From Chrysomallon squamiferum (taxonomy: Eukaryota > Animalia > Mollusca), in contig CM022679.1 of the NCBI GenBank assembly GCA_012295275.1, forward strand, positions 8,990,001 through 9,054,000: a DNA stretch of 64,000 bases. Reading direction: 5' to 3'. This document shows positions 55,001 through 64,000 of this stretch, piece by piece (the stretch's first letter is position 1; the number at the start of each line of letters is the position of its first letter). The notes beneath the pieces are model-generated. The model ran no database searches. It had not been told where the DNA came from and saw nothing but the letters and a program-made list of their open reading frames with translations. The position numbers and the translations under genes were made by a program.

Positions 55001-57525
55001 TTTAAGCTGAGCTTTCATATTTTAACCTGCAATGTAAAGTACTTTTCAGTGACATACTAGTACATTCAGAAAAGTGAATTAACCTTAAAAAAATAAAAAT
55101 AATAATAATAATAATAATTACAAAACAAATGATGCAATTGTTTTCACACATTATAAAGACATTATTACTTTTTTTAAAATTTTTCTTCTTTTCTACAGAT
55201 TTACTTTATTTTAGATATGGAAATTTGATTAGAAAGCTAGTATTTATGTTGTAAAGGGTTTTTATAAATTGTTATTTTTAACTATGTATCAGTGTAGATT
55301 TGTCAATTTGTCTTGCAGCTAATGATGAAAACGAAGAACAGGAGCTGGCGGAGGGAGAGGAGTTGAAACCAATCACGAGATGTTACTCATCAATTGAAGT
55401 GTCAACAAACGCATCAGATTCTTACAGGTGAAATTTTGCTTTTATCTTTACACAGGTACAGACATTTAATTCTGTGTTATACCCCAGTATATTAGATATA
55501 AATATAAGTGATTATTCATATTCAATTTTCATTGTTATTTCAAGGTATAAATTGCATTCATGCATATAGGTACAGAGCCATACACAACATATGCACATCA
55601 CACAGATACACACACTAAACACACTTGGTAATAGTTATTTTGCTTCTGGATTATAAACAGTTGTGGAACTGATTGTTCTCTATACTAAATGTAGATATAT
55701 TAATGAAAGAGCCAATGCTGCAAGCCATTAAACATGGTATTGCAGAATCATATTTCCTGTACTGTCCAATAGGTACAAAATGTTAATTTTATAAAGTGTT
55801 GAGGTGCCATTTTACAATCTATGATTCAAACATACAGATTTTAATTTCGCTCAGATTTTTGATACATATTTGTCTTTAATACATTCCAGGCTGACTAATG
55901 GAGACCCAAACACATTCTGGCAGTCAGATGGGGCAGCAAGAACACACTGGGTCAGGTGTGTGTGTAGCATTCATAAATACACAGCCTCTAATACTTGATT
56001 TAACCTGTATCACTAATATTCAGCTAATATCTTATCATAATACAGTTAGAGTCAAATAACGAAGTGATTCAGATTTGAAATTCCTTACTATTGAAAATGT
56101 GTTTTTTAAAAGATGGATTTTTTTTTTTTAATTTTTAGGTTAAGTTTGTAAACAAATTATATTGCAAAGGTGAGTTAAAGTTATGAAAGTTCCAGTTTAC
56201 TAATATTAAAATTTTAGCAGGTTACTGATCTCGTTATAAATTTTGAAAATAATGTTGACCATGAAAAAGTCTTCTGGAATTAAATATCAAATTGGTGGGG
56301 TTTTTCTTTGGCAGATTACGTATGAGAAACAACGTTGTTCTGAAACAACTGTCAATATCAGTGGCATCATCGGATCAGAGCTACATGCCAGAGTTGGTGA
56401 CAGTAACGGCTGGGAGAAGTCCTCGCACTTTGAGGGAACTCAAAGAAGTCAGAATATCTAGGTACGTAGCATCAAAATGAGCACAGTTATAACCAGTCTG
56501 TAGGTAATTTACTGTGGCTAGGGAAAACCTTAGTTTTAATGCATTATAATTAGGTTAAAGAGTATTAAGTGAGAAAACATAAGTAAATAAATCATGAAAA
56601 ATAGTAAGAGGAGATTTACCTTGTTTTTTTTTTTTTAGAGTCTTTTATAAACCAGTTGACTATTGTCTGTGTAAATTCAGTGTATGATAGTTGATGCAGG
56701 AAGAAACAATACTTGGCAGATTGTTAAGAAAATTAAATCTGAATTGGATATCAAACAAAAAAAGTCTAAATTTGCATTGTTTATTTATTTTTCTTTTTTT
56801 CAGTCCAGTGAACGGAGATGTTATTCTGTTGAAAAATGCCAAAGTTTTCTATCCAAGTAAGTTTTTCATAATTTTTCTAACAACAGACCTTATACACAAA
56901 TAATAGATTGTATCGGCCAGATAATGAAAAAAAATTATAAATATTTTCTTCGCTGCTCTGTAAGAAAATTTTCAGTTAATTTGTAGCATTTTAATTATTT
57001 TCTGCTTGATTCTGTTGTTGACTGTATTCTTGGTTTAACTGTTTTCATTATGGAGTGGTTTTGTTTCAGTTGTTCAGATTAACATTAACCGTTGTCATAG
57101 TGATGGTTGTGATACAAGAATACATGGCATTAAAACACTTGGTTACAGGTAATAAGATATCTTAAAATTGTGAAAGTATTTTGTAGCTTGTTAATAAGTG
57201 ATTAACATTATAACTGATGATTTATATACATCGTTATATTAGGCCAATGTATAAGATAAAGAAAAAAGTTCCATACACCAGCATTTAACAAAAATAGTTT
57301 TTTGGTATGTTAATTTTAATTTTTTTATTTTTTTATTATATACATTTTTATATACTGCTTTCCAAAGAGTACTATAATTCAATAATAATTAATTAACTTA
57401 ATTTTATGATTAGATTTAAATTGATTTTGTTTTTCCTCAAAAATCTATTCTAGACTCTTACATGTGTATGAAAAGTTGAGAAAAGACATTCTAAACAAAT
57501 TTACTTCCAGTACTAAGAATTATGT

Positions 57526-57569
<44 letters not shown>

Positions 57570-60500
57570 TGTACATACAGTGTGTATTTTAAATGTTTAG
57601 GAGAAACGCAACTAAAATGAGTGTGTTTTTTTAAAACACTTTGTTTACAGAGTGGTCAAGGAGGCTGCAGTGACCGTGCTGGACGCTACAGCTATCTGGT
57701 ATCTGCAGATTCTTTCCTCCACTGTGTCAGTGACAATACCACAGTCTCCTCAACTCCGACATTCTGTCTTGTCACACACTAGGTAATACGTTTACCATTT
57801 TAAGTAATATATTTAAAAACAAACTAAGTGATACCTTTACCAACACACTAGGTAATATGTTTACCATTGTAAGTTATATATTTACCAACACACTAAGTGA
57901 TACATTTACCAACACATTAGGTAATATGTTTACCGACACAATATGTAATATATTCACCGACACAGTAATATATTTACCAACACACTAAGTAATACATTTA
58001 CCAACACATTAGGTAATATGTTTACTGACACAATATGTAATATATTCACCGACACAGTAATATATTTACCAACACACTAAGTGATACATTTACCAACACA
58101 TTAGGTAATATGTTTACAGACACAATATGTAATATATTCACCGACACAGTAATATATTTACCAACACACTAAGTGATACGTTTACCAACACATTAAGTAA
58201 TATGTTTACTGACACATTAAGTAATATATTTACCAACATACTAAGTAATATATTTACCGACACACTAAGTAATACGTTTACCGACACATTAAGTAATATG
58301 TTTACCAACACATTAGGAAATACGATTGTTGACGCACTAGGTAATATGTTTGAATGTGGAATTATCCTTATTATCTTTTAATTATTTATTCTGTTATATT
58401 TTTAATACAATGAAGATATTCACATTTATTTATGTATTTATCTTTTTTTTTTTGAATTTATATATAAACATATTTTAATTTTTATTCAGCTGTATTTTTA
58501 GTATAATTTGATAATTTAGTCTTCTGAATAAGTCACTCTTTCATAATTTGCTTTCAGTGTGAATAATTCACACGTAAAAGCCATATTAATAACTAGAAAA
58601 ATAATTTTGAAGATTCTGTTTTAAATTCTAATGTATTGTTGGGGTTTTTTTTCTTTCTTTCAGACAAGCTCTGGAACACATGCCTCCACTTTCCTTATGT
58701 CCAGCCAGCAAAGATCGTCCTCAGTTTCTCTCTAAACATGTTCTGCAGGAGATGGACACATTTATCATGGATCTCTCCAAGTAACATTCTCTTATTAAAC
58801 TGTTTACACATGGTCCAAGTTTTGTTAAAAAATACAGTCAGAATTTTAATTAACTCTTTCAGCACCAAATTAAGTCACAACACATACTTCCCAGATCCAA
58901 GTGTTGTAAATGAAATATCAGGCTTAAGTTATGTTAGTGTGATGTGTTATGTCAAGATATGTTGTCAACAGTTTTCTTCTAGTATGTTGAGATATGTTGC
59001 CAGTGGTGTTTAAAGTATTAATCACAACAACAACCAAAAAATAATAATTTAATTTTTTTTTTAAATTCTAATATTTTTCTGTGAAGCAAAGTTAATTATT
59101 TCAATTATTAAAATTTATTTCTTTGAAATTTAGGGTTTTTGACTATTTTTAAATTCAGATTTGATGTAAGCAAAATTAGTTATTTCAAAATAACTCCTTT
59201 GTTTATTGAATGTTATTTCCTTGATTTTTCATCTTTTGTTGTATGAAAGAAAGGAAATTGTGAATGATGTTGTAATACTGTTACATGCTATAAAACTGTA
59301 TTTCAGCTGTGACGATAAAATGCTTCCAGAAGGACTTCATCTTCTACTTTCCCTCAACTTAGCTCGTGGGAATGTCAGTGGATTACTCAAAACTGTCAAA
59401 CACTTTCTGGGTAAGTTATTTAAAATAATTCTGCTTACTATATATGTCCTTAATAAATAAGAATAAATCAGTTTCCCCTATTATAAATATTATTATTGTT
59501 ATTACTGTTTTATTTATTTTTTTAATTTTAATTTTAATTTTTATTTAGCACTGAATAATATGATTAAATTAAAAAATTTGATCATATTTATATTTGTTCT
59601 GTTTTTTAACCAGACAATCCAGATCTGTCTCTGCCTTGTACAGCTTTGTTATCCAAGATGGTAGAAGCTAGAAATAGCTGCTGGGAAAAACTATGTAAGT
59701 GATAAATATTTTAAAACATTTCTTAATCAGTCTTGCTAATAAAAAATACAATGAAGGTAAATTGAAAATATTTTTATACTTAAAAAAAAAAAAAAATTCC
59801 ATGGACTTGCAAATTTTGCTTATTTGTATGTGTGTTTGTGTTTGCTTTCTGTCTGTCTGTCTCTGGGTATGTATGTGTGTGTATGTGCAGGTATGTATGT
59901 GTGTGCATACACATTTGGTGCAGATATAACATATTCTGATTAAGGAATGACAGCAAGGTTTTTATTTAATAACACTTCACTTTTCTTTAAAAAAGATGTT
60001 AATTAATTGTTTTAAACACTTATATTTTTCTTTTCTTTTTCCTCATCTCTATTTTTTCTGAACTTGCTGTTAATTCTGAGTTTTAGTGTGTGATGTCTTG
60101 TTATTCCAGGTGTTCCACTGCAGCTGTCACTGTGTGGTTGTGATGGAGGTCAGAGTGATGACTCTACAGGACCTGATAATGTCATCCTCAAACACACAGG
60201 AACAACCTTCCCAAGTACATTCATATCACACGTTTGATAAAACCTTTAATACTGCAGTCTTACTGAATTACACTGTGATGAAATTCACATCCCCATTTCC
60301 TCTACTACTGCAGTATTTAATAAATCTGTTTCTCTGTTTTTACTATATATATATATATAGATAGATAGTTATATAGATAAATAGAGATATAGAAGTGTGT
60401 GTATGTATATTTATTTATTTATATTTATTTATACCATATATTTGGAATCTTCAAAATTATTACTTAAATAAAGTAAGGAATCTTAATATTTAATACATAA

Positions 60501-63500
60501 AACTTGATTATTTTTCAGTGTATCTGAGTGAAGAAGGGAAAACCAAAGTGAATATGTTTTTCAAATCACCAGAAACAATGCAACTAATAAAGCTTAGAAT
60601 AAAGGTTTGTGGTGCTGTTTCTTGAACTGTTAATGGATTTGATTTGATTTTCAGCTTTCAGTTACTTTACAGGAATTCTATTTTTAAAATTCTATTTTAG
60701 AGATATGTTGGACTTTCAGTATAATAATACATATATATCAATGTTAAATGAAGATTTAAAATTTTTTAAGTGATATCTTGGTCGTCTCTTTTGGACTGAT
60801 ACTGTTAATGTTTTCTTGAAAATCCATCATTATTAAAACACTGTCAGTAGATTAAAAAGTATCATGTTATGTTTCTTCCCAAGACTACTTGATCTGCACA
60901 AATAAAGACCTGTTCCAATTACCTTGATGTTTAATAAATATATATGATTTTATATTTTCTTTTTCATAGTTTTTAATTTCTCAGACAATTCCCATTTACT
61001 GTTGTTGTTTTTAAACATTTTATATTTTCTTATCAGCATTTCTAAATTTGTCAGAATATTTATGTTTACCCTTAATTCTTTTTTTTATACATTTTATTTT
61101 ATATATTTTCCTGTCTGTTTTAAAACTTCTCAGACTGTTTTCATGTACGATTGCTGTTCTTAATTATTTTACATTTTCTTCTCTAAATTTTTTAATTTTG
61201 CCAGCTATTTCTATTTGCCAAGGTTATTATTTCTAAATTTCTCAATGTTATCTTGCAGGCTGTGTCAGGGTCAAGAGGGCCACGGAGAGGACTGGTGTTT
61301 GTTTTCAATGAGAAGTAATTAAGATAACTGATTACACTGTCTTTTTTTTTGAGAGAAAATATTTGAGACATTTCTATAACCAGCTTTAGTAATGTGATAC
61401 GGATTTGTTTGTTTTGTACAAATACTTGAAGAAAATATTGATGCCTGTATTTTATATTTATTATATATTTTATTTTGTGTAATTTTTTAGATGTTTTTTT
61501 GTATTTATTATTATTATTATTTTTTTTTTTTTTTTTTTTTGCCTAACAAATTTGTATAAAATAATAAGAAAAAGAAGGTAAGAATGAAAAATATGTGTGT
61601 ATGTGTGTGTGTGTAAATATATATAAAATTCTTCTTCTTTAATTTTTCTTACTATTTCTTTATCAATTCACAACACAAAATCATTTTGTGCCTGAATCGT
61701 TGATTACTCAGGTGGTTTATTTTCAGTGTTTATATTTCAGAAATGAATTCAGTTTAGAAAAGCAGGTGGAAAGGTTTGCATACTATGACAGGTGGACTGA
61801 GTTAGAATACAAGTTCAGTGTAAAAGTCAGGCATGTGTTACACTTTTACTCGTAATACAACTAGCTTACTTTTTATACTTTCAACTTAACCCTTTGTTTT
61901 TTAAATTGTCACACACTATTCAGTTTATTTACTTTATACATAATCTGTTAAACAGCCAGCTTCTATGATAAACTTTAGTTTAACCCTTTTGCTTATAGAT
62001 AGACACAAGTAAACATCAGTATACAGTGACTGCTACATGTGTCCTAACTGCATAATAAGCCTGTATCCAAATAATAGTGATATTAATTTCTAGTTTAGTA
62101 AAATATCTATAAAGTATTGCTTGACTGGAATATCAGATTGGAATATTCAGTTTCATTATACACTGTGTTCATTTTATTCTAAAATTATTTTAAATAGATG
62201 ATAAAAAAATTTAATTTTGATTTTTCTCATTTTAGAAACAGTGGCATTGGAGGAAAATCTGACAATCCAGTAGCCTATTTCACATTTGATGATGATTGGT
62301 AATTTATATTTTTATTATGCAAAAATTTTAATTGTAGATGTTAATTGTGAATTGGATATACGAAGATCAAAATTAAAAACACAAAAACATATTTGCTTGT
62401 TTGTATGTTTTTGATTTTATAATATTTTTTATAATATGAAATGTTATTTTTGGGGTCACAGTGACATAAAAACAAATGTTATATGTTACAGTTAAAAAGT
62501 AAAGAAGAAGAAGAATAGCTAAGAACACATATTAATAATAATAATAACAGTAGTAATAATAAATAAATAAATAAATGCATAAATATATATAAAAAAATAA
62601 TAATAATAATAATTGATTAATTTTCCAGTTTTCATTTAATTTTAATACAAAACTTACTTTATTTTCAGTGATGAAATTGACATTCCAGTATCTTGGTATC
62701 CATGTGGACAGGTATGATTAAATTATAAATGTATATAAAAATAACATCGACAGATTTCACCTCGATATACACCATTAAGCCTTTAATACATAGAAATCCA
62801 CACTGTTGCGAATATTCCATAATCAGGATGCCAGCTTAAAAATATTAACCAATCAGCTCAGTTAGTGAAACTTTCCACCATCCCGTAATAGTGCAGTGTA
62901 TGAAATTATTAATTAACAAGCATGATTACACTACAGAGGCTTTTGTTTTTAATCATAAAAATGTAAGTCTCAAAGTGTTATGTTACATGCCACAGCAACA
63001 GCTGATAAAAGTTAACTTTTTTCTTCAAAGATCAGCGAACTGTCCATTGCCACACAAACTTTCATGGAGTTTTTTTTATTAACTCCTCCTTTTAATTTGG
63101 TAAACCTTTTCTTTTCATCTGGAATCTTTTTATAAATATATATAATGTCTAATATGTTATCTGTTTGCAGTATGTGCCTATAAAGTTTACTTTCCTTTTT
63201 ACGTTTAATCTTTTTTTTTTTAAATTAATGTTTAATATGTTATCTGTTTGCAGTATGTGCTGATAAAGCTTACTTTACTTTTGATCTGTAATCTGTTTTA
63301 AAAAACAAAAAACTGTTTAATATGTTATCTGTTTGCAGTATGTGCTGATAAAGTTTACTTTCCTTTTTACGTTTAATCTTTTTAAAAAATTAATGTTTAA
63401 TATGTTATCTGTTAAAAACTGATAAAAAACGTTTAATCTTTTAAAAAATAATGTTTAATATGTTATCTGTTTGCAGTATGTGTCTATAAAGTTTACTTTC

Positions 63501-63752
63501 CTTTTTATCTAATCTTTAAAAAAAAAATAATGTTTAATATGTTATCTGTTTGCAGTATGTGTCTATAAAGTTTTCTTTCCTTTTTACCTTTAATCTTCTT
63601 AAAAAATTAATGTTTAATATGTTATCTGTTTGCAGTATGTGCTGATAAAGTTTCTAGAATCACGTCAGGAGAGTGCTAAACGGATTGGTATTGTTGGAAT
63701 CAAGTTTCATGGCTTTCAGAGAAAACATGCATTCATCAGTGAGGAGGAGATG
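50271..63752 (+). CDS. ZZEF1: Zinc finger ZZ-type and EF-hand domain-containing protein 1, N-terminal ~705 aa (24 exons); continues beyond window
   Basis: Exons 50271-50327 (MGNNPSSDSEDE), 51441-51477, 51849-51933, 52388-52469, 52821-52892, 53252-53396 (EF-hand AFQQFDTDGSGVAE), 53835-53899, 54439-54562, 55319-55427, 55890-55955 (DOC/APC10 TFWQSDG..HWVRL), 56315-56461 (DQSYMP), 56804-56856, 57070-57148 (CHSDGCDTRIHG), 57651-57782, 58664-58780, 59307-59410, 59614-59694, 60110-60214, 60519-60604, 61259-61314, 61741-61830, 62236-62298, 62669-62711, 63636-63752. Phases are consistent and motif order follows vertebrate ZZEF1 as I recall it. Confidence 0.92.
57773..58352 (+). repeat. Intronic minisatellite (~22-24 nt monomer, ~92 nt higher-order unit) derived from a ZZEF1 exon end plus 5' splice site
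   Basis: Monomer CCAACACACTAGGTAATATGTTTA and variants; the first copy is the true junction CACACACTAG|GTAATACGTTTACC at 57782/57783. Confidence 0.85.
63140..63655 (+). repeat. Intronic ~80-85 nt tandem repeat derived from a ZZEF1 3' splice site plus exon start
   Basis: TAATATGTTATCTGTTTGCAG|TATGTG-x-x-x-ATAAAG with the AG ending at 63170, 63253, 63338, 63476, 63555 and the true site 63635; one truncated copy near 63400. Confidence 0.9.
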
Positions 63753-64000
63753 GTAAAGATTTTCTTATACAATTTGGTGTCAGCTTTTTTCATAAATTTT
63801 ACCTATTTGTTAGCTGCAGAGAAACCTTTTATGTTGTACTGTAGAATGAGAAGCTAGCTTTGTTCATAAATTTTATCTCTTTCTGTTTTGGTCTCACAGA
63901 AATCTTAGTGTTACAAGTGTTTTATCAGACATGATTTAAATTTTTATTTCTGATATGTTATGTAGACTATTATGGTATGATCTTTTATTTATTTTATTTA

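Noticed and set aside
57773-63655. CRISPR-like interpretation of the repeat arrays
   Set aside because: Eukaryotic introns; inter-repeat segments are homologous rather than unique spacers; no cas genes.

Overview
AT-rich, microsatellite-dense eukaryotic DNA from an invertebrate, probably a mollusc or other lophotrochozoan (inference only). Three conserved multi-exon genes were reconstructed by hand with splice junctions and phases checked. MAP2K3/6 (+, 4069-8661) lacks its first exon in my model. U2AF2/U2AF65 (-, 24841-14285) is complete with 14 coding exons and about 494 aa. ZZEF1 (+, from 50271) shows 24 exons and about 705 aa before running off the window. Between the divergent U2AF2 and ZZEF1 promoters is a ~25 kb CpG-retaining domain with four co-oriented, intronless orphan ORF loci on the minus strand. 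They share a (hydrophobic/P)-(T/Q)-L-P-x-(I/L) motif, and two are split by a -1 frameshift, one at a canonical A_AAA_AAC slippery heptamer; homopolymer assembly error is the main alternative. Other signals: tandem arrays built from copies of real splice junctions (two in ZZEF1, one duplication in U2AF2), candidate poison exons and a microexon in U2AF2, a GC-AG intron and a hAT-like MITE. No database searches were run; family assignments come from recognition of the translated exons.
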